Virus record (IMG/VR): IMGVR_UViG_3300036827_000091
Coordinates: 577-64,576 of that record
Reading direction: 5' to 3' (one strand)
Length of the DNA: 64,000 nt
Source: a virus
Taxonomy: Duplodnaviria; Caudoviricetes
This document shows, one piece after another, positions 19,604-28,800 of this stretch. A program made the translations under genes and the position numbers. Numbering within the stretch: the first letter of the stretch is position 1; every line of letters begins with the position of its first letter. The notes below the pieces were generated by a model. The model was given only the letters and a program-made list of their open reading frames with translations. It did no database searches and was not told the DNA's origin.

Positions 19604-21564
19604 CCCGCCACCGCCTCGACCTTGTCGTCCCCGGCGTCCCGCACCTTTCCAGTGTCAAACAGAATGTCGATCGCCGAGGCCACCTCGGACACTTTGAACG
19701 TGGTGGCGCTGATGATCTGCCCGGGGGTCATCGCCCCCTGGACCCGCAGCACGCCCAGGATTTCCAGCTGCACCCGGGCCTGGCTGTCGGCTGCCGCCGC
19801 GATGCCCGCCAGGATGTCGCCTGCGGCTTCCACAGACGCGGCCAGCCTGGCCGCCACGCCCTGGTCCGGCGGGCAGCCAGGCAGCTGATTCGCGGCCTCA
19901 TACGGGTCTTCCAGCCAGTCGGACCGCATGGCCACCGACGGGCGCGGGGTCACGTCTCCGGTGGCGGCGAACCCGAGGCCCTCGGTGCGGGTGCCGTTGG
20001 GGAACTTTTTGGGCAGCTCGTTCGGGTTGGCCGGGATGTTGGCCATGCCGTGGCTGACCCGGTCCCCGGTGCGGAAGCAGATGACGTTTCCGCCAACCAG
20101 CATGCTGCGCAGCTCGCCCAGGCCCAGCTCTTTGATCGACGGCACCTGGCAGGCCAGCCGGACCCGGAAACCAACTTTCCGCCCCAGTTTCAGGATGTCC
20201 AGCAGCAGCGCGGGCGCGCCTTTGCACGCCAGCAGGATCGGGGCCTCGTCAATGGTGATTTCGGTGATGGGCAGCGCGAACTCGCGCAGCTGGTCCCCGG
20301 CCAGGCGCGCCGCCGCGGCGATGCCCAGCTGCTTCTCAGCGCGGGCCTTGGCCACCATCCAGTAGTCGTAGAAGCCGAAACCGCGCACCCGGCGGCCGGT
20401 CCGCGGGTGCGCCCATTCCAGGCCGGCCAGCTCCTGCGACCGGTCGAACATGGCGGCGTTCAGGCCGCGCAAGTATGTCATGCACTCGTCGGTGCCGACG
20501 GCGTACGGCACCTTGTCCCGCCATGCGGGCAGCGCCTGCCCCATCTGCGGGTCCAGGATCACCGGGGCGACGATGCCGGATTGCAGGCTGATGGCCAGGC
20601 CCATGTCGATCAGGCCGGTTTTCCCGCTGCCCGGCGCGCCCGCGATGATCGTGTGCACCGTGCCGCCGCCCAGGCCAGGCCCGAACCACGCCTCGCGGAC
20701 CGGCTCCCCGTCCGGGTAGCGGCCGATCACCGCCAGCCCGGTGGCCAGGTCCAGGCCGGCTCCGTCCCAGCGGCGCGGGGTGTCCAGCACGCCGCGGGGC
20801 AAGATGGTCAGCAGGCCGCGGGACTCGTCGTCAGCGCCGGGGTCCGGCTCGGTGTAGCAGGTGATCACCGACTTGTGGAACGCGGCGGCCACCTCGCGCC
20901 GTTTGACGGCGATCTGCCCCATGTGGGTTTCGATGCCGTCGCACCTGATCGGCCACTGCTGCCCCGCTCCTGCCGGGCGGGCCGCGCCCAGCTCGGCATG
21001 CCATTTCTGCTTGGCGCACAGCGCCGCCCAGATGTCTTCCACCGTGGTGTCCGGCTTCTCGGGCTCGGCTGCCGGGCCGCGCCAGCGGTGCCGGTGCAGC
21101 CAGCTGCCGGACGGCACCGCCCACCCGGTGACGCCCAGCGCCGACCACGGGCCGTACCGGAACAGGAACAGGGCCAGCGCCCACGCCGCCGCCCACCCGG
21201 CCATCGACTGGTTGTACTTGCGGACCGCAGCCGGGCGGTGCCGGGTGCCTGCCACCGTGGCCAGCACGGTGACCGCGGCGGCGATGGCCACGGCCAGCAG
21301 GTGCACGTGGGAGGCGCGGGCGGCCAGCCCGGCCATGGCCGCCGCCGCCCAGCACAGCGGCACCAGCTGGAACCGGAACCGGAACGGGCGGCGCGCCGCC
21401 GGCGGCCGGCCGGTGGCCTCGCGCCATTGCGCGTCCACCATCTGCTTGATCTTGCGCTGCGTCTTGGCGTCCAGGTCCGGGGGCAGCGCCACCGAGGGAC
21501 GCTGCGTTTTGCGCAGCGACCCCCGGTCAGCCGGACGCCGTCCCATGTGGCTTAGTGCTCCCAT
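19600..21564 (-). CDS. FtsK/SpoIIIE-like DNA translocase of actinomycete TraB/TraSA type
   Basis: N-terminal TMs, Walker A GAPGSGKT, ILDP, Walker B ITIDEA, GRK.G...Q.P, C-terminal wHTH-like segment. Confidence 0.8.
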   Translation of the reverse strand: MGALSHMGRRPADRGSLRKTQRPSVALPPDLDAKTQRKIKQMVDAQWREATGRPPAARRPFRFRFQLVPLCWAAAAMAGLAARASHVHLLAVAIAAAVTVLATVAGTRHRPAAVRKYNQSMAGWAAAWALALFLFRYGPWSALGVTGWAVPSGSWLHRHRWRGPAAEPEKPDTTVEDIWAALCAKQKWHAELGAARPAGAGQQWPIRCDGIETHMGQIAVKRREVAAAFHKSVITCYTEPDPGADDESRGLLTILPRGVLDTPRRWDGAGLDLATGLAVIGRYPDGEPVREAWFGPGLGGGTVHTIIAGAPGSGKTGLIDMGLAISLQSGIVAPVILDPQMGQALPAWRDKVPYAVGTDECMTYLRGLNAAMFDRSQELAGLEWAHPRTGRRVRGFGFYDYWMVAKARAEKQLGIAAAARLAGDQLREFALPITEITIDEAPILLACKGAPALLLDILKLGRKVGFRVRLACQVPSIKELGLGELRSMLVGGNVICFRTGDRVSHGMANIPANPNELPKKFPNGTRTEGLGFAATGDVTPRPSVAMRSDWLEDPYEAANQLPGCPPDQGVAARLAASVEAAGDILAGIAAAADSQARVQLEILGVLRVQGAMTPGQIISATTFKVSEVASAIDILFDTGKVRDAGDDKVEAVAG

Positions 21565-21579
21565 GTGGCCTAGTGCTCC
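21541..21579. repeat. 18-bp tandem duplication
   Basis: CCCATGTGGCTTAGTGCT followed by CCCATGTGGCCTAGTGCT. Confidence 0.85.
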
Positions 21580-22499
21580 ACGAAGTCGGCTTCGGCGATG
21601 CCCTCAGCCGCGTCCTGGGTCTCCTGCACCGGCCCGTAGTTGGACACGACGTGCTCTTTCAGCCCGGTCAGGGCGTCCATCGCCTGATCCCGCTCTTTTT
21701 GCATGGCGGCCAGGTGGGATGCCGCGTCCACCGCCTTGCCGGCCGCGGTCGAATCATTGCGGATCACCTGGCCCAGCTCGTCGGCCATCGTCGTGATCTT
21801 GTTCACCACCTCGCCTGTGTCCAGGCCCTGCTCGCAGGCGCTGATCGCCTCGTCGCACTGCTCGACGGTGGTGTCGTAGTTCAGGTCTGACACTGCTCCT
21901 CCTGTGGTTGACGGGCTGCGCCCGTTGCTGCTGGCCTGGCCGTTGCTGGCCTTGTGGCCGTTGCTGGCCGGGCCGTTGCCCGGGGTCTGGCCGTCGGCCA
22001 GCGGCGGGTCGCTTGCGTGACAGCTGCAATCCGGGTCGGTGCAGCCTGCTCCTCGTGCCATGTCGTGTTCCCCGTTCCCGGCAGCGATCCGCCGTTTCTC
22101 CGCGTCCAGCTGGTCGGTCATGGTGGGCTCGGCCGCCTGCTTCCGGGCCACTTCCAGCCGGTGCTTGTGGGCGGCCATCTCCGCCCGGACCCGGGCGATC
22201 TGGCTTTGGTGGTCAGCGACCGCCCCGGCGTGGTCCCGCTCTGCTTCCGCCCGGGACAGCTTGTGCTCGTTCCAGCCTTTCGCCCACCCGTGGCGGGCGT
22301 GCGGCAGGCCGCGGAAAACCTCGCCCGCCCAGAACCCGCCCACTGCGGCGCGGGCGGCGCGGGCTTTCGCCCGCTGGGCGGGCGAAGTGCCCTGGCGGGC
22401 TTTCTGGTATTTCGCCCACCGGGCGCTGGCTGGCTTGCGCAGCGCCTCCACTCCCCGGGAGCACGCCCAGGCGAGGCCGATCAGGAACAGCAGCTCCAT
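21570..22499 (-). CDS. Tra-associated protein: N-terminal anchor, linker, C-terminal helical domain
   Basis: 309 aa directly upstream of traB. Confidence 0.7.
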   Translation of the reverse strand: MELLFLIGLAWACSRGVEALRKPASARWAKYQKARQGTSPAQRAKARAARAAVGGFWAGEVFRGLPHARHGWAKGWNEHKLSRAEAERDHAGAVADHQSQIARVRAEMAAHKHRLEVARKQAAEPTMTDQLDAEKRRIAAGNGEHDMARGAGCTDPDCSCHASDPPLADGQTPGNGPASNGHKASNGQASSNGRSPSTTGGAVSDLNYDTTVEQCDEAISACEQGLDTGEVVNKITTMADELGQVIRNDSTAAGKAVDAASHLAAMQKERDQAMDALTGLKEHVVSNYGPVQETQDAAEGIAEADFVEH

Positions 22500-22502
22500 G
22501 GC

Positions 22503-22925
22503 CTACCCCTGTGTCTGGCTGATGCCATGCTGTACGTCGCCAGGCAGTCCGTTGACCGCGGCGAACGGGGTGGCCCCGGCGACAGCCATTATGGCCAGGG
22601 CGGCGGCGATCCAGTAGGTGGACTTTTTCGCTGACCCTTTCGGGTGCACGCCGTGCAGCAGCTCGGCGAACATGAGGATGACGATGATGGCGGTCAGCGT
22701 GGCCGCGCTGATGCCCAGCCACTTGCCGCTGGCCAGCCCGAGCAGGCCGGCGACGAAAGCCAGCGCCCGAGCGATCCAGTGCAGCACCGGCCCGGTGAAC
22801 CCGAACAGCAAGATGCCGATGAACACCGCCCAGACGCGGGCCTTGGCAAACCGGTTGCGGAAGTACGCCCAGACGGACAGCGCGACCATGATCGCGCCGA
22901 TGCTGCCTTGTGCCAGTCCTGACAT
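22503..22925 (-). CDS. Multi-TM membrane protein (Spd-like)
   Basis: Four hydrophobic segments, SD AGGAG, in tra operon. Confidence 0.7.
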   Translation of the reverse strand: MSGLAQGSIGAIMVALSVWAYFRNRFAKARVWAVFIGILLFGFTGPVLHWIARALAFVAGLLGLASGKWLGISAATLTAIIVILMFAELLHGVHPKGSAKKSTYWIAAALAIMAVAGATPFAAVNGLPGDVQHGISQTQG

Positions 22926-22934
22926 CGCCTGCTC

Positions 22935-23348
22935 CTAGATCACGTGAGTCAGCCACAGCACCAGGGCCACCGTGGCGTAGAAGGCGGCCCGCTTGGGCAG
23001 CGAGTCCCCGGCCAGCACAAGCAGGTACAGGACTGGTGCCTCGATGAAAGCGTGGAACACGCCATAGGCCAGCCGCGGGTATTTCAGCCCGCGGGGCAGG
23101 TAGTCCGCTGCGGCCTTGTGCAGCGCCCAGTAGTCCATGCACGACGGGGGGTTCCCGTGCACCCAGCTGGCCCCGGCGAAAATGGCCCCCACCGCGGCAG
23201 CCGATGGCACCCGCCACGACCGCCGCGGCGCGGGCGCTTCTTCACGCGGGCGCGCAGGCGCGTACTGCGCCTTGGGCTCCTGGCCGGCCCCGGGCTTTTC
23301 CGCCTCCGACGGCCGGACCGGGAGGGCCACCACGTTGCCCGCTGTCAT
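22935..23348 (-). CDS. Membrane protein (Spd-like)
   Basis: C-terminal TM segments; in tra operon. Confidence 0.65.
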   Translation of the reverse strand: MTAGNVVALPVRPSEAEKPGAGQEPKAQYAPARPREEAPAPRRSWRVPSAAAVGAIFAGASWVHGNPPSCMDYWALHKAAADYLPRGLKYPRLAYGVFHAFIEAPVLYLLVLAGDSLPKRAAFYATVALVLWLTHVI

Positions 23349-23572
23349 GCCGCTGCTCCGTCTAGCTCCAGGGCTCGCTGGTACAAGGCGCTGGCCTCGG
23401 CGTGCAGCACCGAGCCACGCTGGGGGTGCCGGTAGGCCACAGACCGCAGCATGTCGAACGCGGCGGCCAGCTGGGCCTCCCCGGTCGGCGCGCCTTGCAC
23501 GCGGCTCTTGTGCCGCGCCATGCGCGCACGAGCCCGGGTCGGCTTGCCGGTGCCCTGCCGCCTGCCAGCCAT
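23345..23572 (-). CDS. Small basic protein
   Basis: Coupled overlaps on both sides. Confidence 0.55.
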   Translation of the reverse strand: MAGRRQGTGKPTRARARMARHKSRVQGAPTGEAQLAAAFDMLRSVAYRHPQRGSVLHAEASALYQRALELDGAAA

Positions 23573-23760
23573 CAGCGGATCACCGCCCACAGCCGCGGGG
23601 CGAAATTGGCCAAGGCCACCGGCAGCGCCATCAGCGCCCACAGCGCCAGCAAGGTGTAAAACGGGGCGACTGCCAGCGCCATGCACATGACAGCGACGGC
23701 CCAGGCGCACCAGTAAAGCTTCGGGTGCGTGCAGTGCCAGCAGCGAGGGTGGTATGTCAT
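23572..23760 (-). CDS. Small membrane protein with CxxC
   Basis: TGATG coupling; two TM. Confidence 0.5.
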   Translation of the reverse strand: MTYHPRCWHCTHPKLYWCAWAVAVMCMALAVAPFYTLLALWALMALPVALANFAPRLWAVIR

Positions 23761-23954
23761 CAGTAGCGCACCTCCTGCCGGCCGAGGCGGATCGAAAACT
23801 CGGCCCACCGGCCCTGGTCCCAGCGGTTGGCTTCCAGCCACGACTTCAGCAGCTCGCGGGCCTCGCCTTCGTCGTCCCGCAGGTCAGTGATGTTCGCGGT
23901 GATCCGGTCCTCGAAGTTGCCTTTCCGGTGGACCTCCAGCTCGGTGCTGGCCAT
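23760..23954 (-). CDS. First gene of tra operon, hypothetical
   Basis: SD AAGGAGG, ATG at 23954. Confidence 0.6.
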   Translation of the reverse strand: MASTELEVHRKGNFEDRITANITDLRDDEGEARELLKSWLEANRWDQGRWAEFSIRLGRQEVRY

Positions 23955-23990
23955 GGCTGCCTCCTTCCGCCGTGAGCGCGTATGCCTACG

Positions 23991-24020
23991 AATGTATATA
24001 CCGGTATAGACCGTTGTCCA
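23991..24020 (-). promoter_or_regulatory. tra operon promoter TGGACA-N18-TACATT overlapped by two GTNTANAC boxes
   Basis: GTATATAC 23994-24001 and GTATAGAC 24004-24011; HutC-subfamily-type operator next to a GntR gene. Confidence 0.65.
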
Positions 24021-24042
24021 CTCCCCCGGATACCCTGAGCGC

Positions 24043-24780
24043 ATGATCACATCCGTGAAGTGGCGGCAGATCGCCCGCGACCTGCGTAACCGGATCGCCC
24101 GGGGTGAGCTTCGCCCAGGTGACCCGCTGCCGTCCGAGCGGGAGCTGGAGGCCCGTCACGGAGTCGCCCGCGGCACCGCCCGGGTGGCGCTGCAGCACCT
24201 GGTGCAAACCGGCGCGGCGGTGGACGGCAGCCCGCGCCGGGTGGCACACGCCGAGCTGCTGACCGTGCATATCACCCGCACCGCGGACCGCACCTCGCCC
24301 GGCGAATCGCCTACCCTGGGCGCGGACTCCTGGCTGGGCGACATGCGGGCGGCCGGGCGAGAGCCCGCCCACGAGCTGGACGTGATCACCCGGCAGGCCA
24401 GCCGCGAGCTGGCCCAGCGGCTGGAAGTAGGCGAAGGCTCAGCGGTGGTGGCCCGGCGGCAGCTGCGGCGCGCCGGCGAGCGCCCGCACAATGAGATCAC
24501 CTACTGGTACCCGGCGGGCGTGGCCCGCGGGACTCCGCTGGCTAGCCCGGCCAGCATCATCGAAGGGGCGCTGGCATGGCTGGAAACCAACCGGGGGCAG
24601 CTGCTGCACGAGGTGGAGATCACCGCGAGGATGCCCGGCGAAGACGAGGCGGGCCGGCTGCAGATCCCCGGCGGGGTGCCGGTGGCTGTGGTGTGGCGGA
24701 CGTCGCGGACCCTGGCCGGGGTGCCGATGGTGACGTCGATGGCCGTGTACCCTGCGGACCGGACCAGGCTGGCCCTCTGA
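24043..24780 (+). CDS. GntR-family (HutC/UTRA) repressor, Kor-like
   Basis: QIARDLRNRIARGEL.PGD.LPSERELEARHGVARGTAR.AL; C-terminal UTRA-like domain; divergent from tra. Confidence 0.92.
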   Translation: MITSVKWRQIARDLRNRIARGELRPGDPLPSERELEARHGVARGTARVALQHLVQTGAAVDGSPRRVAHAELLTVHITRTADRTSPGESPTLGADSWLGDMRAAGREPAHELDVITRQASRELAQRLEVGEGSAVVARRQLRRAGERPHNEITYWYPAGVARGTPLASPASIIEGALAWLETNRGQLLHEVEITARMPGEDEAGRLQIPGGVPVAVVWRTSRTLAGVPMVTSMAVYPADRTRLAL

Positions 24781-24877
24781 TCCACGGCGACGCCTCGATG
24801 GGGGAGGTGCCGCTGGCCGCGCATCACGGCGCTGGCAGCTGGCCGCCGATGGCCCCGGCCGGGGAAGGCTGCGATCG

Positions 24878-25150
24878 CTAGGGCGTGTTTTGCCCCGGAA
24901 CCGAGGAGCCGGGCGACCTCGCGGGGGGTGAGCGGCTCCACCGGGTACCGCCGCTTAGGCTTACCCTTCGGTCACGGGGATAGTAACCCTCTAGCTGTGG
25001 CTGCCTGCTGTCGTCATCCTCCAGCAGCGCAGCGGCCCTGTAAGCGGTTTCGCAGTCGGCGGCCTCGCCCACCACCCGGGCAAGCTCACCATCCTGCGGG
25101 TCACGGACGACCAGCCAAGGACCCTCGACCGCGCTGTACCGGCCGCTCAC
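24878..25150 (-). CDS. Hypothetical protein
   Basis: GTGA overlap with upstream ORF. Confidence 0.35.
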   Translation of the reverse strand: MSGRYSAVEGPWLVVRDPQDGELARVVGEAADCETAYRAAALLEDDDSRQPQLEGYYPRDRRVSLSGGTRWSRSPPARSPGSSVPGQNTP

Positions 25151-25327
25151 CGGCTGTCCCCGGTATCGGATTGCCCCGGAACCGATACCCACCGCTTGGC
25201 GGCAGCCATCTGGGTTTCGTGCTTCTCGCGGGCCGTCCGGTAATACTCGGCGGCAGGAACGAGGTCGGCCTCCCCGCAGGAGCACACGTACTCATCACAC
25301 CCGCAGTTGCGGCACACGCCGTCATAG

Positions 25328-25771
25328 TCAGGTGGTCCCGGCACTGTCAGCCTCCTGGGTTGTGTTTTTCTCTCCAACCGATACTGACGGGGACGGCTCA
25401 GCGGAGTAGATGATCTCCAGCAGGCAGTAACGCCCCTTCTGCGACCGCAGTTCCCCTAGCAGGTCATGGCCGCCGACGTTGATGTCCTCGTCAGTCCACA
25501 GGTAGCCGGTGATCTCCGTATAGGCGTGCCGGAATGTGGCGTCGCCCGCGCCGAGCAGTTCCCGGAGCGCACCGTCGATCATGTCCTCATCGCTGCGGGG
25601 CTCAGCCGCAGTCCAATACCGCACCGTCAGATACCGGCCGAACCGGTCCAGATCCCCGCTGATCATTTCAGCCAGTGGCTCATCGCCGGGGTCAAGGAAC
25701 AAGATGTCCATCCCCTCGCCGCGGTCATGCTCGGCGAGGGTGCCTCTGTAGCGCCGTGCCTCGTCTGTCAC
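25328..25771 (-). CDS. Hypothetical acidic protein
   Basis: GTGA overlap with DUF2637 gene; globular composition. Confidence 0.6.
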   Translation of the reverse strand: MTDEARRYRGTLAEHDRGEGMDILFLDPGDEPLAEMISGDLDRFGRYLTVRYWTAAEPRSDEDMIDGALRELLGAGDATFRHAYTEITGYLWTDEDINVGGHDLLGELRSQKGRYCLLEIIYSAEPSPSVSVGEKNTTQEADSAGTT

Positions 25772-26442
25772 TTGCCGCCCCCGTTCTGCTGGCTGGCCAG
25801 GAACACCCGGGCCTGGTGCTGGCTGATGCCGTGCCGGGCGGCGAACGACCGGCGTCCCATCGGCTTGCGCTTCTGCTCGTCTTGCGCGGCCAGCGCGGCC
25901 AGCTGCGCGTACGACGGAACGTCGTTCGCAGGCTGCCTGCGCGCCTTGCTCTTGCCCGGCTGCCGGGCTGGGCTCGTGCTGAGGCCATCTTCCGTCCCGG
26001 GCTCCCGCCCGTCCGTCTTCCCGGCGTTCAGCTTTGCGATGCCCAGCCCGGTGCCCAGGCTCGCGGCAGCCGCCAGCGGGGCAGCAGCTGCAGCGAGTTT
26101 CGCAGCCCATGGCGCGGCAGGGCCGACGTGGGCTATGTTCCCAGCTAGCGAGGCAAACAGTCCGGCTGCGGTCAGCGCCCACGCCCACACTTTCACGTAA
26201 ACCTGTTCGTGACGCCTGACCGCGCTGTACAGGCGAAGCTCGCCCACCACCAGGAACGAGTCGAGCAGCAGGGGGAAGCCAACGGCCACCCAGCCGGGCA
26301 TCTGCGCCCGCTGGGTGGCGAAGTCATACAGGCCCCGGTAAGACATGGCCAGCGCGGCGGCCGAGGCTGCCCAGGTGACGATCGCCACCCCGCGGTCCGC
26401 CAGCCAGATAGAGTCCCGCTGTTCTGCCTGCTTGGCTGCCAT
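25768..26442 (-). CDS. DUF2637-type membrane protein (SpdA-like) with C-terminal HTH-like segment
   Basis: A..LAMSY.GL, FPLLLD, SLAGNIAH, AA.PLA; GRRSFAARHGIS. Confidence 0.8.
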   Translation of the reverse strand: MAAKQAEQRDSIWLADRGVAIVTWAASAAALAMSYRGLYDFATQRAQMPGWVAVGFPLLLDSFLVVGELRLYSAVRRHEQVYVKVWAWALTAAGLFASLAGNIAHVGPAAPWAAKLAAAAAPLAAAASLGTGLGIAKLNAGKTDGREPGTEDGLSTSPARQPGKSKARRQPANDVPSYAQLAALAAQDEQKRKPMGRRSFAARHGISQHQARVFLASQQNGGGK

Positions 26443-26503
26443 CTGCCTCGCCTCCTGGTGTACTTACATTGGTGAGTGTACGACCACGGAAGGACAGCCC
26501 GCC

Positions 26504-26719
26504 ATGACCCAGCCGGACCGGCCCGTCACCCCCAACCGCAGCGCCGGCCGGATCGAGGACGCCCTGTGGCAGCCGTTCCTGGCCAAAGCCCGCGCCGAGG
26601 GCCTGACCAACACCGATGCGTTCCGGCTGCTGATCCGCGAGTGGACCAGCTCGCCGGATGGCCCTGCCCGCAGGGGGCAGGGCCGCCGGTCACGCTTGCG
26701 TGGTGCCCGTCCTGGTTAG
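26504..26719 (+). CDS. Small ribbon-helix-helix-like DNA-binding protein
   Basis: TP.R..RIED.LW..F.AKA..EG.T.TD..R.LIREW; divergent from DUF2637 gene. Confidence 0.6.
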   Translation: MTQPDRPVTPNRSAGRIEDALWQPFLAKARAEGLTNTDAFRLLIREWTSSPDGPARRGQGRRSRLRGARPG

Positions 26720-27174
26720 CGCGATGACGCTCGCCCTGCCTTCAAGGCCGGGTACGGGCAGTAAGTCGAAATCCCAAAGCCCGGCCCCTTCCGCCACTGC
26801 TCGCACCCCTGCACCAGAACATAGGGGCTATAGCATGTGGACCTTGATCGGTCCTTGTACGCCGTTTTGAAATTGCCGTAATTGTAGTGAGCACTGCCGC
26901 TAGCCCGGTCCACGCAGCGCGCCCGCGCTCGTAGCTGCCAGCCGTTTGCATTGATCGTCCACCAGTCCTGGAAGGTTGCGCTTGTCGTTGTCGGGTCGGC
27001 CTTCGTCCAGCTGATGCACTCCGTGGTGGAGCTACACGACTTGCGATTAGGGGCGTGGTTCCGGGCGATCATCGCCCCGTGCCCGGACGCGGTAGCCGGG
27101 GCGGCGAACGCCACGGCGGCGACTAGCAGCACGGCAGCGCCAAGGACGCTGGCCATCCATTTTCTTGCGATCAT
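26716..27174 (-). CDS. Secreted Cys-containing protein
   Basis: SD GGAAGG; signal peptide; six Cys in mature part. Confidence 0.65.
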   Translation of the reverse strand: MIARKWMASVLGAAVLLVAAVAFAAPATASGHGAMIARNHAPNRKSCSSTTECISWTKADPTTTSATFQDWWTINANGWQLRARARCVDRASGSAHYNYGNFKTAYKDRSRSTCYSPYVLVQGCEQWRKGPGFGISTYCPYPALKAGRASSR

Positions 27175-27233
27175 GTGCGATCCTTCCTGTAAGCCCGGCT
27201 CAGCTGATCGGGCCGGGCGGTCTGATGATCCCA

Positions 27234-27269
27234 GCTGGCGGGCGCTCACGGGAACGAGCGCCCGTCAGC
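27234..27269 (-). terminator. GC-rich hairpin downstream of ltp-like gene
   Basis: GCTGGCGGGCGCTC / GAGCGCCCGTCAGC; no U tract. Confidence 0.4.
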
Positions 27270-27275
27270 CGGGCG

Positions 27276-27779
27276 TCACATTCCCCGCATCGCCGCCCTG
27301 GCCCCGTAGCGGGCCTGCGCCGGGGTGAACTGATTGCCATACGGCGATTCCAGCTGCTGCACCAGGCCGCTGTAGGAGAACCCCTGCCCGTCGCGCAGGT
27401 ACCCTTTGGCGCTGATCACGGCCTGCTTGTTCCAGTTGACCCTGATATGCGCCAGCGCCCACGTGGCCAGCCGACGAGAAAACCCTTCCCCGTAGGACGA
27501 TGTCAGCTGGTCCAGCAGCCCGCGCCGGGAAAACCCCTGCCCGTCGGACAAGTACGACTTGGCTGAGTCGAGCGCCTGCTGCTGTGCGGTGGTCAGCTTC
27601 GGGGCAGCCGGTGCTGTCGTGGCCGGGGCTGACGTGCACGGCCAGCATTTCGCGGCCGGGGTGACAGCCCTCCCCGAGGCGGCAGGATGGGCGGGCGGCG
27701 TGCTGCCCCCGCAGGCTGCCGCGCCGGCGAGCAAGCCGGTGACGATGGCCGCTGCCGCGGCTTTACGGATGATTCGCAT
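27276..27779 (-). CDS. ltp: Ltp-family lipoprotein (superinfection exclusion)
   Basis: Signal peptide ending AAAC; two repeats A..SAK.YL...GFS..GL..QL.S.YG..F. Confidence 0.88.
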   Translation of the reverse strand: MRIIRKAAAAAIVTGLLAGAAACGGSTPPAHPAASGRAVTPAAKCWPCTSAPATTAPAAPKLTTAQQQALDSAKSYLSDGQGFSRRGLLDQLTSSYGEGFSRRLATWALAHIRVNWNKQAVISAKGYLRDGQGFSYSGLVQQLESPYGNQFTPAQARYGARAAMRGM

Positions 27780-27815
27780 ATCTGGTCCTTTCCTCTGTCT
27801 TGTGTCTTTTGCCTG

Positions 27816-28718
27816 TTAGCTGTAGTTGCACACGTCGCAGATGTCGTCATGATCACCGGGGGAGCGCGGGTCTTCCCGAGTGCCTGCAGCGCCCGCGTGC
27901 TCGGCGGGGGAGTCGGCACCGTACGCGGTGTTGATGATCGCGCCGCAGCGCCTGCAGTCGGTCAGCTCGCCGGCCTGCTCCGGGCACCCGCAGCTGCTGC
28001 AGGTGCCCGCGCCGCTGCGCGCCAGCCGCTCGGCCTCGTGCCAGAATGCAGCCGACACCTCGCTGTTGTACTGGGCAGCCAGGTCGTCGCGCAGGTCTGT
28101 GCCGTCATGCGGCACCCACCCGGCGTCAGCCATCAGCTGGTCTTCGGAGTAGTCGCCTGCGAACTCACCGGACAGATCCGGCTCGCGGTAGGCGTCCATG
28201 ACCTCGGGGTCGCCGTCCTCGATGCCCTTCAGCACTCGGGCGTACTCCGCCTGCGTCGTGTTGCCGTCGAAAATCCAGCTGGCGGCGGCCTTGCCGTTCT
28301 CCTGCGCCTTGGCCCACACCCGGTGCTCCGGGGTGAATTGGGCGTACGGGTTGCCGTCGGCGTTGTCCTCAGGCATGCGCCCGCCCTGCGGGGCAGATCC
28401 TGTGATTTCCCAGCCCTCGTGCTTGACCGCCCAGTCCACGCTCTGGCTCTGGTGCCCCAGCAGCCAGGCGAAGGCGTCGTTGCTGTTCTTGACCGGATCG
28501 TCGCTGTCGAATGTCGCCTGCACAGCCCCGTCACGCTTGACCTGCACGGCCCCGGCAGTCTCCTGCCTGGTGACCTTCCGCTGCAGCCAGTCGAGGCTGA
28601 CTGCGCGAGGGAACCTTCCATCCGGCCGGCGAATCCAGGCTTGCCCGTTGTGGATCTTCTTGACGACGACTTGTGCCCCAGTTGTCAGGGTAAGTGTCTC
28701 GCCTTCTCGGATTTCCAT
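27816..28718 (-). CDS. Early hypothetical protein, C-terminal Zn ribbons
   Basis: 300 aa, follows promoter P1 and SD GGGAG. Confidence 0.7.
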   Translation of the reverse strand: MEIREGETLTLTTGAQVVVKKIHNGQAWIRRPDGRFPRAVSLDWLQRKVTRQETAGAVQVKRDGAVQATFDSDDPVKNSNDAFAWLLGHQSQSVDWAVKHEGWEITGSAPQGGRMPEDNADGNPYAQFTPEHRVWAKAQENGKAAASWIFDGNTTQAEYARVLKGIEDGDPEVMDAYREPDLSGEFAGDYSEDQLMADAGWVPHDGTDLRDDLAAQYNSEVSAAFWHEAERLARSGAGTCSSCGCPEQAGELTDCRRCGAIINTAYGADSPAEHAGAAGTREDPRSPGDHDDICDVCNYS

Positions 28719-28749
28719 GTCCCGCTCCCTTGCCTGTGCCTGTGCTTAC

Positions 28750-28778
28750 AGCTTACCGGCTGGCCTGCATTCTGTCAA
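28750..28778 (-). promoter_or_regulatory. P1: TTGACA-N17-TAAGCT in 13-bp inverted repeat
   Basis: Read directly; arms 28757-28769 and 28782-28794. Confidence 0.9.
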
Positions 28779-28800
28779 CAGTGCAGGCCAGCCGCTTAAA

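Noticed and set aside
27221-27275. Hammerhead ribozyme suggested by CTGATGA plus a hairpin
   Set aside because: No GAAA core or stem I/III pairing
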